Positions 49,572 to 60,286 of a stretch of DNA of 64,000 nt are shown piece by piece. Made by a program: the position numbers and the translations under genes. Source of the stretch: Nitrosopumilaceae archaeon (GTDB taxonomy: Archaea; Thermoproteota; Nitrososphaeria; Nitrososphaerales; Nitrosopumilaceae). Under the pieces are notes generated by a model. That model did not search any database. It saw nothing but the letters and a program-made list of their open reading frames with translations, and had not been told where the DNA came from. The stretch's first letter is position 1. The number at the start of each line of letters is the position of its first letter. The stretch is taken from positions 1,088,001 to 1,152,000 of the forward strand of contig CBDCCK010000002.1 in assembly GCA_965214835.1 (NCBI GenBank), in the 5' to 3' direction.

Positions 49572-50831
49572 ATGACGGATTCATCAATCCCCAAGTTCTT
49601 TGAGAAGACCAGGAAGGAGAGGCTGGAGGCAGTCAAAAATTTTGCCGGTCTGTCTGAGGACGACATCCGATCCATGGAGATGCCGGACGGGGGGATAACC
49701 TTTGAGAGGGCAGACACGATGGTTGAGAACGCGCTAGGAACGTTTTCACTTCCCCTGGGCGTGGCCACCAACTTCAAAATCAACGGCAGGGACTATCTTG
49801 TGCCCATGGTAATCGAGGAGCCCTCGGTAATTGCAGCGGCCTCCAAGGCCGCAAAGCTTGCAAGGCCCAAGGGCGGCTTCAGGGCAACTGCAGACGAGTC
49901 TTACAGCATAGGACAGATTCAGGTCTTGGGCGCCGATATTGATGATGCAGTATCAAAAATCAGGGCAAATACCGCCCAAATCCTTGAGACGGCGAACTCA
50001 AAGAGCAGCACCCTGTCAAGGATGGGGAGGGGGGCAAAAGAGATTGCGTGCAAAAAAATCGACACCGATCTTGATCCGATGCTGATCGTCGAGCTGCTAA
50101 TCGACGTGGGCGACGCAATGGGCGCAAACGTGACTAATACCATGTGCGAGGGGGTCGCACCGCTAATTGAAAAGCTGACCGGGGGCAAGGCCCTTCTCAG
50201 GATACTGTCCAACTATTCTACGAGACGCATGGCAAGGGCCACTGCGACCTTTGGACAAGAATCTGCAGGAGGCAGGGAGGTCGTGGACAACATGGTTCAT
50301 GCATACCAGTTTGCAAAGCATGACGTATACAGGGCGGTAACCCACAACAAGGGAATAATGAACGGGATCATTGCAGTGGCAAATGCCACGGGACAGGACA
50401 GCCGTGCGATAGAGGCCGCGGCCAACGCATACGCTGCACGCTCGGGACAATACCGCTCGCTGTCTGAGTGGACAAAAGACCACGATGGCAACCTGGTGGG
50501 AACCTTGGAGATTCCGCTCTCGGTGGGGGTCGTCGGCGGAATAATCAACGTGCATCCTGTTGCAAAGATTTGCGCCAAAATCCTGGGCGTCGGGTCTGCC
50601 AGGGAGTTGGCATGTGTGATCGCCGCGGCAGGCCTGGCCCAGAACTTTAGTGCCATGAGGGCGCTGGCAACTGACGGAATACAGAGGGGCCACATGAGGC
50701 TCCACGCCAGAAACCTGGCCTCGGCTGCGGGTGCGGCCACCGAGCAGATTGACGGGATAGTTTCTCAGATGATCGAGGAGGGGGACATCTCTGTAAACAG
50801 GGCAAGGGAGCTGCTTGGCCAAAATCAATGA
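49572..50831 (+). CDS. mvaA: HMG-CoA reductase, class II
   Basis: ENALG, EEPSVIAA, DAMGAN, THNKGIMNG, GIQRGHM.LH. Confidence 0.95.
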   Translation: MTDSSIPKFFEKTRKERLEAVKNFAGLSEDDIRSMEMPDGGITFERADTMVENALGTFSLPLGVATNFKINGRDYLVPMVIEEPSVIAAASKAAKLARPKGGFRATADESYSIGQIQVLGADIDDAVSKIRANTAQILETANSKSSTLSRMGRGAKEIACKKIDTDLDPMLIVELLIDVGDAMGANVTNTMCEGVAPLIEKLTGGKALLRILSNYSTRRMARATATFGQESAGGREVVDNMVHAYQFAKHDVYRAVTHNKGIMNGIIAVANATGQDSRAIEAAANAYAARSGQYRSLSEWTKDHDGNLVGTLEIPLSVGVVGGIINVHPVAKICAKILGVGSARELACVIAAAGLAQNFSAMRALATDGIQRGHMRLHARNLASAAGAATEQIDGIVSQMIEEGDISVNRARELLGQNQ

Positions 50832-50864
50832 CGTTATTATATAGACGGACTGCAATGAGATACC

Positions 50865-51842
50865 ATGTCCGAGGTGAGGTTTGCGATTCCAAAGGGAAGC
50901 CTGGAGGATGCCACGTTCAGGCTCCTGGAGAGGGCATGGACCAAGGTAAACCGCAAGAGCAGGACATACAGGGTGTACCTTGATGATCCAAAGATTATAG
51001 TAAAGATGCTGAGGCCTCAGGAGATTCCAATTCTGGTCAGCGAGGGGCTGTACGATGTGGGGATTACCGGCAAGGACTGGGTGGGGGAGACAAAGTCCGA
51101 TGTCGATCCAATCTTGGATCTGGAGTATGGAAGGATTAGGCTGGTCGTTGCGTTTCCGGACAGCTACAGGTACAAGAACCTTGATGCGATGATTGCCGAC
51201 TATGCCAAAAGGAAAAAGACGCTGAGAATCTCCTCGGAATATCTTACGACTGCATCCCGATTCATCAAGGGCTGCCCATCCTACAAAAAACACTTTGGAG
51301 GCAGGGATCCGCAGATTGTCACCCCTTGGCTGCGCATAGGGACCAACAAGTCAGTTCAGATCCACCTGTCATTTGGCGCTACCGAGGCCAAGCCTCCGGA
51401 GGATGTGGATGCCATAATGGATGTGACCGAGACCGGAACCACGCTAAAGCAAAACAAGCTCAAAATTGTAGACGAGGTTCTGGCCTCCACTGCACACCTG
51501 ATCGTAAACAAAGAGTCCCTCAAGGACAAGGCAAAGCGGGAAAAGATCTTCGACATTGTCACGCTTATGAGGGGCGCAGTACACGGCAAGAAATACCTCC
51601 ACGTCTACCTGAACGTGGAGGAGGGCAACCTGCCAAGGCTGCTCAGGCAGATACCCTCGCTGAAAAAGCCGACGGTCAGTCCGCTAAGCGAGGACGGCTG
51701 GTACGGGGTCAATACCATAATCAAAAAGTCAGAGTTTCACAAGATAATTCCAAAGCTGCGAAGGATTGCCCAGGGGCTGGTGGTGCACGAGCCGCGACAA
51801 ATCCTGGAGCTTGAGGAGATCAAGCGTGATGAGGAAAATTGA
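50865..51842 (+). CDS. hisG: ATP phosphoribosyltransferase
   Basis: AIPKGSL, RPQEIP, GATEA, DVTETGTTL. Confidence 0.96.
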   Translation: MSEVRFAIPKGSLEDATFRLLERAWTKVNRKSRTYRVYLDDPKIIVKMLRPQEIPILVSEGLYDVGITGKDWVGETKSDVDPILDLEYGRIRLVVAFPDSYRYKNLDAMIADYAKRKKTLRISSEYLTTASRFIKGCPSYKKHFGGRDPQIVTPWLRIGTNKSVQIHLSFGATEAKPPEDVDAIMDVTETGTTLKQNKLKIVDEVLASTAHLIVNKESLKDKAKREKIFDIVTLMRGAVHGKKYLHVYLNVEEGNLPRLLRQIPSLKKPTVSPLSEDGWYGVNTIIKKSEFHKIIPKLRRIAQGLVVHEPRQILELEEIKRDEEN

Positions 51843-53107
51843 TGAAAATTATTTCGGTCAGTAACGCGGGGCAGTTTCTAAAGAGACTGGGCACAAAAAA
51901 CCACCCGAAAAACCAGAGGATCGTGGGGGCCATCTTGAGGGACGTGCAGAGAAACGGCGATGCCGCACTCAGAAAGTACGAGAAAAGGTTCGGCGCAAGC
52001 AGAATCTCATCACTGAGGGTCTCAAGGCGTGAGATTGCCGGCGCATACTCTGAGGTCTCGCCCGGGGACATCTCTGCAATCCGACTTGCAAGGTCAAGGC
52101 TGGCAAAGGCAGAATCTGCGGTAAGACGCCAGCTCAAGGACGTAACGATAAGATCAGGCGGCACAAGAATATCAAAGTCGTTTGTTCCGATAGACAGCGT
52201 TGGGTGCTATGTGCCCGGCGGGGCTGCGCGGTATCCCAGCTCCGCTGTAATGTCCATAATCCCCGCAAAGGTTGCCGGAGTAAGGCGGATAGTGGTGGCG
52301 TCCCCCCCGGACTCCTCGGGAGGCATCGACCCGCTGACCGTCGTGGCAGCCGACGTCTGCGGCGCAACCGAAATCTACAAAACCGGAGGCGCGCAGTCCA
52401 TTGCCGCCCTCTCATACGGAACGCACTCCATCGCAAAGGTAGACAAGATAGTGGGACCGGGCGGCGCATTTGTGACTCTGGCAAAGTACCTTGTCAGCGA
52501 TACCACCGCAGTAGACATGACGGCAGGGCCCACCGAGCTTGGGATAGTCATTGACTCGGCAGAGGATGCAGGACTTGCGGCACTGGACTTGATCTCACAG
52601 GCAGAGCACTCCACGGACACGTTCTGCTATGCGCTGACCACATCCCGTGCAATTGCCAAAAGAATCCAATCCGATGTGAACTCCAAACTAGGGGACATAT
52701 CGCGCTCAAAAATCGTAAGGAAAAGCCTTGAATCAAACGGATTCATAGCCGTCTGCAGGGCCTCAGACATAATAGATATTGCAAACGGGCTGGCGCCTGA
52801 GCACCTAGAGATTATCAGCAAGAACACCAAAAGATGGGGCAGGATCAAGAACCCTGGCCTGATCCTGCTGGGAAAAAACAGCCCGTCCTCGGCCAGCGAC
52901 TACCTGCTGGGATCAAACCACATCCTGCCTACAAGCCGATTCGGCAAGACCCGGGGCTCGCTGTCCGTGCTGGACTTTGTCAAGCTCCTGACTCGGGTGG
53001 AGGCCAGCAGGGAGGATCTGCAGAGGATATCAAAGCCCATGGAGCGCCTTGCCGTGGCAGAAGGACTGCCAAACCACTACGAGGCGGTGAGGGGAAGGCT
53101 GCAATGA
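51839..53107 (+). CDS. hisD: Histidinol dehydrogenase
   Basis: GCYVPGG, GGAQ, AGPTE, SQAEH, APEHL, GSNHILPT. Confidence 0.96.
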   Translation: MMKIISVSNAGQFLKRLGTKNHPKNQRIVGAILRDVQRNGDAALRKYEKRFGASRISSLRVSRREIAGAYSEVSPGDISAIRLARSRLAKAESAVRRQLKDVTIRSGGTRISKSFVPIDSVGCYVPGGAARYPSSAVMSIIPAKVAGVRRIVVASPPDSSGGIDPLTVVAADVCGATEIYKTGGAQSIAALSYGTHSIAKVDKIVGPGGAFVTLAKYLVSDTTAVDMTAGPTELGIVIDSAEDAGLAALDLISQAEHSTDTFCYALTTSRAIAKRIQSDVNSKLGDISRSKIVRKSLESNGFIAVCRASDIIDIANGLAPEHLEIISKNTKRWGRIKNPGLILLGKNSPSSASDYLLGSNHILPTSRFGKTRGSLSVLDFVKLLTRVEASREDLQRISKPMERLAVAEGLPNHYEAVRGRLQ

Positions 53108-54174
53108 AAAACCCGTGGTATGAAAAAAAACTAGAAGAGTACTCCGGGTTGGGCGGATACAAAAAGCCTGAAAAACTTGACGGCGTTCTAAAGCTTGACT
53201 CCAACGAGAATTTTGTAGTAAGCAAGAAATTCCAGCAAGACGTCATATCCCATGCAAGGGCAAGCTCCGATGTCCGGCAGTACCCGCTGGGCGGAGCTGA
53301 AAGGCTGATATCAAGGCTGTCAAAGCACCTCCGGGTTCCTGAGAGCATGATCGGCGTTGGAAGCGGCTCTGATCAAATCCTGGACCTGCTCCTGGCAAAC
53401 CTGGCATCAAAGGCGACTAGAATCCTAACGTCTGATCCGACCTTTGGGTTCTTTGAGGAGCGGTGCAGGCTGTACTCGATCCCCCGCACCAAGATTCCAT
53501 TCTCGGCTGATATGAAGCTGGACATTGAAAAGTTCGATGCGAACCTCAAAAAATGCCAGATCCTGTACCTGGACTCCCCAAACAACCCGACGGGGTTCCA
53601 GTTCTCAAGGAGCCAGCTGGAGTCCTTGATCAAAAAGTTTGATGGGCTGGCAATCATAGACGAGGCATATGGCGAGTTCGGCGACTCCTCGACTGTCTCC
53701 CTGACCAAGAGGTATGACAACCTGATAACGGTCAGGACGTTTTCCAAAGCGTTTGGACTTGCGGGACTGCGTGTGGGATACTTTGTTGCAAACAGGAGGA
53801 TTGCCGAGGCGTTCAACCGGATACTGCAATACCCATACCCCCTCAACACCCTGGCAATTGAGGCCGGAATCGCCTCGCTGGACAGGGCAGGCCAGATCAG
53901 GGAGGCAGCAGAAACGATCAAGACCGAGCGCAGGAGGATCATTGAGAGCCTCCGCAGGTATGACGCCTTTACCGTCTTTGACTCCAAGGCCAACTTCGTG
54001 TTATTTGACGCAAAGGGCGCATACAAGCGCATCTTTACTGCGCTAGTCGAGCAGGGAATCTCCATACGCAAGCTAGGAAGGGTTGGCCCCCGTCCGGGAT
54101 GCCTGCGCGTCACGGTCGGAACAAAGGAGATGAACTCCAAATTCCTTTTGGCAATACGTGACCTTTTGGGATGA
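53104..54174 (+). CDS. hisC: Histidinol-phosphate aminotransferase
   Basis: LDSNEN, PNNPTG, IDEAY, RTFSKAFGLAGLRVG; ATG overlaps the hisD stop. Confidence 0.96.
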   Translation: MKNPWYEKKLEEYSGLGGYKKPEKLDGVLKLDSNENFVVSKKFQQDVISHARASSDVRQYPLGGAERLISRLSKHLRVPESMIGVGSGSDQILDLLLANLASKATRILTSDPTFGFFEERCRLYSIPRTKIPFSADMKLDIEKFDANLKKCQILYLDSPNNPTGFQFSRSQLESLIKKFDGLAIIDEAYGEFGDSSTVSLTKRYDNLITVRTFSKAFGLAGLRVGYFVANRRIAEAFNRILQYPYPLNTLAIEAGIASLDRAGQIREAAETIKTERRRIIESLRRYDAFTVFDSKANFVLFDAKGAYKRIFTALVEQGISIRKLGRVGPRPGCLRVTVGTKEMNSKFLLAIRDLLG

Positions 54175-55099
54175 GAAATTGAGCGGCCAAAGGTTTGACT
54201 CTGTAATCTTTGACTGCGACGGCGTGCTTGTCGACATCACGCAGTCCTATGACAGGACAATAGACAGGACATGCGGCCACATGCTCCGGGAGGTTGCGGG
54301 AATTGACTCTATAGAAATCGATCACAAGATAATTGACGGGTTCAAGGCATCGGGCGGATTCAATGACGAGGTTGACCTGACATATGCTGCAATACTGTCC
54401 GTCTATGCGGCCCACAAGCTAGGCAGGAACCCGTCGGAGTTCGTCTACGAGGTAATCTCAAATGCCGACAAGACGGGGATCCGCTCAGTCCGGTCCTATC
54501 TGGAATCTGTCTGCGACATCTCCGTCGTACTACCAAGGCTGGGCTCCCTGGGGGACAGACACGACAATCCCGTATACTCTGTGTTTGACCAGATCTTCTT
54601 TGGGCCGCAGCTGTATGAAAAACTATTTGGAAGGCCCTCAAAGTTTTCGGGGCAGGGGATGATCTCGCATGACAGGGTAATCCTGTCAGAGCCGCTGCTG
54701 CAGACGCTCCAAAAGGAGTTTGGAGAAAAAATGGCAGTGGTTACGGGACGCGGAATGGCCTCAATCCGCCACTCCCTCGGGGACATGCTTGGCTACTTTG
54801 ATGTGAGAAGCTCGGCGTTTTTGGAGGACGAGCCAAGGGAGCTTGCAAAGCCAAATCCTGCGACACTGATCCGTGCCATCAGGGCAATGGGGTCAAAAAA
54901 CTGCCTATATGTGGGCGACTCGATGGAGGACTATATCATGGCAAGGGATGCGACCCGGGCAGGCAGCCCCGCCGCCTTTTGCGCCATTGTGGGCACAAGC
55001 ACAGATCCAGGCGGCAGGCGCAGGCTATTTGAGGACTCGGGCGTGGAGATGATCCTGGGTTCCATAAACGACATTCCGAAGGTATTAAATTTAGTCTGA
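54158..55099 (+). CDS. HAD-family hydrolase, candidate histidinol-phosphatase
   Basis: [19 protein letters not shown]; located inside the his operon. Confidence 0.85.
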   Translation: MTFWDEKLSGQRFDSVIFDCDGVLVDITQSYDRTIDRTCGHMLREVAGIDSIEIDHKIIDGFKASGGFNDEVDLTYAAILSVYAAHKLGRNPSEFVYEVISNADKTGIRSVRSYLESVCDISVVLPRLGSLGDRHDNPVYSVFDQIFFGPQLYEKLFGRPSKFSGQGMISHDRVILSEPLLQTLQKEFGEKMAVVTGRGMASIRHSLGDMLGYFDVRSSAFLEDEPRELAKPNPATLIRAIRAMGSKNCLYVGDSMEDYIMARDATRAGSPAAFCAIVGTSTDPGGRRRLFEDSGVEMILGSINDIPKVLNLV

Positions 55100-55127
55100 G
55101 AAAACACCAGTATTCCCGGGTGATGAG

Positions 55128-55715
55128 ATGAAAAGACGCACAAGCAAAATCAAGCGAGAGACAAAGGAGACCAGCGTCTGCGTGTCTGCCAGCATTGACG
55201 GCACCGGAAAAACCAGCGCGTCTACCGGCGTAAGCTTTGTTGATCACCTGATTGTCGCATTTGCAAAGCACGCAATGCTCGACCTTGCTGTGGAGGCCAA
55301 GTCAAAGGACAATATCGTGCACCATCTGGTAGAGGACACTGCAATCACAATAGGGGGCGCAATAGACGAGGCGCTAGGAGACAGGGCCGGAACTGCCAGG
55401 TTCGGTCATGCATCCGTCCCGATGGACGAGTCGCTGGCAGAGGCATCAGTCGACCTGGTGAGGAGGCCGTTTTACAAGCTAACGCTGTCTGTAAAGAGGA
55501 CAAGGATTGAGGATGTCTCAAGGGAGGATCTTGAGCATTTTTTCCAGTCCCTGCTGCAAAACCTGAACAGCTGCGTCCACCTTACCGTACGGTATGGGGA
55601 CAATGATCACCACAAGGTCGAGTCCGCAATAAAGTCCCTTGCAGTGGCGCTTAGAATCGCCTGCTCCAGGGACTCTAGGCAAAAAGGAATTCCCAGCACA
55701 AAGGGCGCAATGTGA
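55128..55715 (+). CDS. hisB: Imidazoleglycerol-phosphate dehydratase
   Basis: RETKET, HHLVED, PMDE, NDHHKVE, PSTKG. Confidence 0.96.
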   Translation: MKRRTSKIKRETKETSVCVSASIDGTGKTSASTGVSFVDHLIVAFAKHAMLDLAVEAKSKDNIVHHLVEDTAITIGGAIDEALGDRAGTARFGHASVPMDESLAEASVDLVRRPFYKLTLSVKRTRIEDVSREDLEHFFQSLLQNLNSCVHLTVRYGDNDHHKVESAIKSLAVALRIACSRDSRQKGIPSTKGAM

Positions 55716-56317
55716 TGAGCAGGATCGCGATATTTGACTATGGCGCCGGAAACATCTTCAGCCTCAAAAACGCGCTGGAAAGGCAAAACGCAACAGTAGA
55801 AGTGCAGACCAGCGTCGACAGGCTGGCCGGATATGACGGGATCTTCCTGCCCGGCGTTGGAAACTTTGATCCTGCCATGCGGAGCATCGGCCAGGATCCT
55901 GCGGATTTTCTGCAGGCCGTCGGGGACACGCCTGTCTTTGGCATATGCCTTGGCATGGAGATGTTCTTTGAGAAAAGCCAGGAGGGGCAGGAAAAAGGCC
56001 TTGGCATCATAGGCGGCGACGTCGTTGTCCTGCCTGACACCCTGAAGGTTCCGCACATGGGATGGAACGCACTTGAGATAAGGCGGGAAAGCAGGATCCT
56101 TGAGGGCGTAGATGACGGATCCTGGGTCTACTTTGTACACTCGTACAGGGCAAACCCCGCAGCGCCTGACGTCATAGTCGCCGAGTCCGACTATGACATC
56201 AGGATCCCGGCAATAGTCCAAAAGGGCAACTATTTTGGAACCCAGTTTCATCCTGAAAAGTCAGGCGATGCCGGCGCCCTGATGCTGGGGAACTTTTTGA
56301 GGGAGTGCTCCAGATGA
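55712..56317 (+). CDS. hisH: IGP synthase glutaminase subunit
   Basis: LPGVG, GICLG, PHMGWN, YFVHSY, QFHPEKS. Confidence 0.96.
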   Translation: MMSRIAIFDYGAGNIFSLKNALERQNATVEVQTSVDRLAGYDGIFLPGVGNFDPAMRSIGQDPADFLQAVGDTPVFGICLGMEMFFEKSQEGQEKGLGIIGGDVVVLPDTLKVPHMGWNALEIRRESRILEGVDDGSWVYFVHSYRANPAAPDVIVAESDYDIRIPAIVQKGNYFGTQFHPEKSGDAGALMLGNFLRECSR

Positions 56318-57024
56318 AGATAATTCCCGCAGTTGACATAATGGACGGGAAGGTAGTCAGACTCTACAGGGGCGATCCAGGCCAGAAGACGGTATACAGC
56401 GATGATCCCGTGCATATTGCCAAAAAGTGGCAGGATGAGGGCGCGGACATGCTGCATATCGTGGATCTGGATGCGACAATAGGGACGGGGAACAATCTGG
56501 ATCTGATTGAAAAAGTCGCAGGGGAGCTGTCTGTTCCAGTCGAGGTGGCAGGCGGCCTGCGCGACGAGCAGACCGTCGCCCGGGCGGCCTCCTTTGCGGC
56601 CCGGGTCGTTGTCGGCACCCTGGCCTTCGAGGACACAGAACTGCTGCAAGGCATCGCCAGAAGACACGGGTTCTCAAAGATTGTAGTCTCAGTAGACCAC
56701 GCCGGCGGATATATCGTCACGCATGGGTGGCAGCAGAGCACAAAGACGCCGCTGCTTGGTGCGATAAGCGAGTTTGCAGGCATGGGCTTTACGGAGTTCC
56801 TACTCACAGACGTGGGCAGGGATGGCACCATGGAGGGGCCAGACCTGGAGTTTCTTGAGCAGGCCTGCGCCGTATCAAACGCAAACATAATTGCAAGCGG
56901 GGGAATCTCAAGCATCGGCGACGTGTCCAGAGTGCGGGCAAAGAACGCCTCTGCGGTGATTTTGGGCAAGGCGCTGTATGAGGGCAGGGTCTCAATCGGG
57001 GAGGCAAAACGGCTTGCTGACTAG
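56314..57024 (+). CDS. hisA: ProFAR isomerase
   Basis: IIPAVD, HIVDLD, GGLR, DGTMEG, ASGG. Confidence 0.95.
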   Translation: MKIIPAVDIMDGKVVRLYRGDPGQKTVYSDDPVHIAKKWQDEGADMLHIVDLDATIGTGNNLDLIEKVAGELSVPVEVAGGLRDEQTVARAASFAARVVVGTLAFEDTELLQGIARRHGFSKIVVSVDHAGGYIVTHGWQQSTKTPLLGAISEFAGMGFTEFLLTDVGRDGTMEGPDLEFLEQACAVSNANIIASGGISSIGDVSRVRAKNASAVILGKALYEGRVSIGEAKRLAD

Positions 57025-57814
57025 AAGGATCATTCCCTGCTTGGACGTGGATGACGGACGCGTTGTCAAGGGACTAAACTTTGAGTCAATCAGGGACGCC
57101 GGGGATCCGGTGGAGCTTGCAGCCAAGTACAGCAGGGACGGAGCCGACGAGCTTGTCTTTTTGGATATCACGGCATCCCAACAAAGACGGAAGACAATCA
57201 GGGAGCTGGTATCCAGCGTTGCCCAGGTAATTGACATCCCGTTTACCGTTGGCGGGGGGGTTGGCAGCATGGAGGATGCGCGGAGTATCCTGCTCAGCGG
57301 TGCCGATAAGGTGGGGGTGAACACCGGCGCCGTAAGAAACCCAGAGCTGCTGGCTGAGCTTATGGCCGTGTTTGGAAAGCAGTGCGTTGTGGTGGCAATA
57401 GACGCAAAACGAAACTATTCAGAAGACCCCGGCAAGACAATGTTTGAGGAGAACGGGAAAAAGCTCTGGTTCGAGGTCTTCATCTATGGGGGAAGGCAGG
57501 GTACGGGCCTTGATGCGATACAGTGGGCAAAAAAGGCAACAGAGCTTGGCGCCGGGGAGGTCCTGCTGACTAGCATTGACAGGGATGGTACCCGGGACGG
57601 ATATGACATACTGCTTACCAAGGAAATAGTAGATGCAGTATCTGTGCCCGTCATTGCGTCTGGCGGGTGCGGCAGGCCCGAGGACATGTACGAGGTCTTT
57701 GAAAAGTCAGGCGTTGATGCGGCCCTTGCGGCATCAATCTTCCACTATGAGGGCAGGTCGGTCAACCGGGTCAAGGAGATCCTTCGGGATAGGAACATCC
57801 CCGTACGATTATAA
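57014..57814 (+). CDS. hisF: IGP synthase cyclase subunit
   Basis: RIIPCLD, ADELVFLDI, TSIDRDG, LAASIFH; TTG start. Confidence 0.96.
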   Translation: MLTRRIIPCLDVDDGRVVKGLNFESIRDAGDPVELAAKYSRDGADELVFLDITASQQRRKTIRELVSSVAQVIDIPFTVGGGVGSMEDARSILLSGADKVGVNTGAVRNPELLAELMAVFGKQCVVVAIDAKRNYSEDPGKTMFEENGKKLWFEVFIYGGRQGTGLDAIQWAKKATELGAGEVLLTSIDRDGTRDGYDILLTKEIVDAVSVPVIASGGCGRPEDMYEVFEKSGVDAALAASIFHYEGRSVNRVKEILRDRNIPVRL

Positions 57815-57836
57815 GGAAAATTTGTGATGACATGCC

Positions 57837-58163
57837 ATGAGCAAGACTGCAGACGAGATTGATTTTGCCAAGGGTGGCGGACTGGCTCCCGTAATAGTAC
57901 AGGACGCAGACTCCAAGGAGATCCTCACCCTGGCATACGCCAACAAGGAATCCCTGGAGCTGACCAGGAAAACCGGAAACTCTTGGTTCTTTAGCCGCTC
58001 GAGAAACAAGCTCTGGATGAAGGGCGAGGAGTCAGGAAATACCCAGAAGGTAAGAGACATCCTGGCTGACTGTGATCTTGACACCATAATCTATCTGGTC
58101 GAGCCGTCAGGCCCTGCATGCCATACCGGCAGGAGGACCTGCTTTCATTACAGAGTAGACTAG
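57837..58163 (+). CDS. hisI: Phosphoribosyl-AMP cyclohydrolase
   Basis: SRSR..LW.KGEESG, DCD.D, ACHTG..TCF. Confidence 0.96.
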   Translation: MSKTADEIDFAKGGGLAPVIVQDADSKEILTLAYANKESLELTRKTGNSWFFSRSRNKLWMKGEESGNTQKVRDILADCDLDTIIYLVEPSGPACHTGRRTCFHYRVD

Positions 58164-59076
58164 CAGACCATGCTTGGAATCAGTACTTCGTGCCTGGAAG
58201 ACGTTTTGGACTTGTTATTAGACTCGGCTCCATAGGTGCAGGGACCAAAACCCTGTCAGATATCGGGGCGCGACTGGACTACATTCTCTACCTTTTGCGT
58301 CTCTGGCACATCAAATCCATCTGGACTCTGTACTTTGGCCCGTCATACGTGTTACATGATCCAACCGCACTAGCTCTGCTTGCAGTTAGTGTTGCATTAC
58401 TGACAGTTTTGGTTTACAAGATCTGCTCCAAAAGATTCCTTTAATCACGCCAAGCGGCGCAAGGCCTCCCATAGCGGGAACTGGGAAGACTGTGATGCGG
58501 AATACTCTGAAATAGAACAGGCAGTCTGCCTCTATGCGACTAGGCGATCTTTTTTCTGAACAGTCAGGATGCAAAGATAATCCCGGAATTTTGTGAAAAA
58601 AAAACCGGCAGGAAAATGTGGATATGGTGAGTTGGCAGTCAGGTCAGCTGTAGATAAAAAACAATGCCAAGGGAGATGTCACTGTATCATAAACATGTAC
58701 ACTGCAATACCGGGCGGCACGATGATCTCAAATGATCTTTTGCTCTCAGCTGTTGCACGAGGAATACCTCGCCTTGGACACCCAAGCACAAATCTGCATG
58801 CATCTGTGATCCTCATGTCTGGCCAAAGCGGACGTGACCCTGCATGAGTCATAATACACGAGTCACCGTCTGGAGCAGCTTTGAATCCGGCGTCATGCAT
58901 CAAAATATTCTCAAAAAACCCCGGTTTTTACAAAAAATCTGCACTGATTTACTCGTGTTTTTTGCATTATGTCCCTTGGAATTGTATAATAATGCTAAAT
59001 TTCCCAAGTCAAAAAATTAAGTATCACTAAACTTGATATTAGGATTTTTTATGTATATTTTTTGAGGCAAAATCTC

Positions 59077-60285
59077 ATGAGAGTCGCACTACAATGCAGG
59101 GAGTGTAAAAAAGACTATGATTCTACCTTCAAGTACGTCTGTGATGAGTGCTTTGGCCCACTGGATGTAAAATACGATCTTCCAGCGATTTCTAAAGACG
59201 TTTTTACAACCCGGGAAAAGACATACTGGCGCTATTTTGAACTACTGCCGGTTGTAGACAAGGCCAACATTGTAAGCATTGATGCGGGGATGACTCCACT
59301 GACTAGGGCAGACAAGCTTGGAGATGAGTTGGGACTAGACAACCTGTACATAAAAAACGACTCTGTAAACCCGACGTTTTCCTTCAAGGACAGGCCTGCC
59401 GGCGTTGCAGTATCCAAGGCAAGGGAGTTCGGGCTGTCTGCAGTTGGATGTGCCTCCACCGGCAACCTGGCCTCCGCCACTGCGGCACATGCGGCAAAGG
59501 GGGGCTTTCCGTGTCATGTCTTTGCACCAAGTGACATCGAAATGGCAAAGATCGCCCAGGCCCTGTCGTATGGTGCAAACTTTATTGCGGTGGACGGCAC
59601 GTATGATGACGCAAACAGAATAGCCGCCCAGATTGGAGACAGCCAGGGCATCGGCATAGTCAACATCAACATGCGCTCATACTATGTGGAGGGCTCCAAG
59701 ACACTGGCCTATGAGGTAGCCGAGCAGCTTGACTGGCAGGTGCCCGATCATCTGATTGTTCCCGTCGGGAGCGGCGCCATGCTTAATGCCATCTGCAAGG
59801 GATTCGAGGAGCTGCGGCAGGTCTCGCTGCTTGGGGATGTCTCTGGCATGCACATGATTGCAGCCCAGCCACACGGGTGTGCCCCGGTAGTCGATGCGTT
59901 CAAGAAAAACACGGAGATAGTCCCCGTAGAGCATCCCCGGACCGTTGCCAAAAGCTTGGCAATAGGCGATCCCGGGGATGGCAGGTACGTGCTCAAAAGA
60001 CTGCGGCAGTACAATGGATTTGCAGAGGAGGCCGATGACCGGGAGATTCTGGATGCGATACTGCTCTTGGCCCGGACCGAGGGCATATTTACCGAGCCTG
60101 CCGGCGGCGTTTCGGTGTCTGTCCTGCAAAAGATGGTGGAGGAGGGCAAGATCGACAAAAGCGACAAGGTAGTCTGCTATGTGACCGGCAACGGGCTCAA
60201 GGCAACAGAGTCACTGATGCAGGTACTGCAAAAGCCCGAGACAATGCAGGCCGACGTTGCAAAGATTGCAGCGGTGGTAAAATAA
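59077..60285 (+). CDS. thrC: Threonine synthase
   Basis: NPTFSFKDR, ASTGN, EGSKT, PVGSG, TGNGLK. Confidence 0.92.
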   Translation: MRVALQCRECKKDYDSTFKYVCDECFGPLDVKYDLPAISKDVFTTREKTYWRYFELLPVVDKANIVSIDAGMTPLTRADKLGDELGLDNLYIKNDSVNPTFSFKDRPAGVAVSKAREFGLSAVGCASTGNLASATAAHAAKGGFPCHVFAPSDIEMAKIAQALSYGANFIAVDGTYDDANRIAAQIGDSQGIGIVNINMRSYYVEGSKTLAYEVAEQLDWQVPDHLIVPVGSGAMLNAICKGFEELRQVSLLGDVSGMHMIAAQPHGCAPVVDAFKKNTEIVPVEHPRTVAKSLAIGDPGDGRYVLKRLRQYNGFAEEADDREILDAILLLARTEGIFTEPAGGVSVSVLQKMVEEGKIDKSDKVVCYVTGNGLKATESLMQVLQKPETMQADVAKIAAVVK

Positions 60286-60286
60286 C

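Noticed and set aside
50163-51293. Long antisense ORFs (also 12659-13534, 37543-38259, 38677-39486, 53373-54140)
   Set aside because: Shadow frames opposite well-supported housekeeping genes
57837-58163. Absence of hisE from the his operon
   Set aside because: The activity may be encoded elsewhere; cannot be judged from one window
58164-59060. 900-bp gap between hisI and thrC with weak inverted similarity near 58585 and 58930
   Set aside because: No convincing ORF, TIR/TSD or RNA fold; probably eroded DNA
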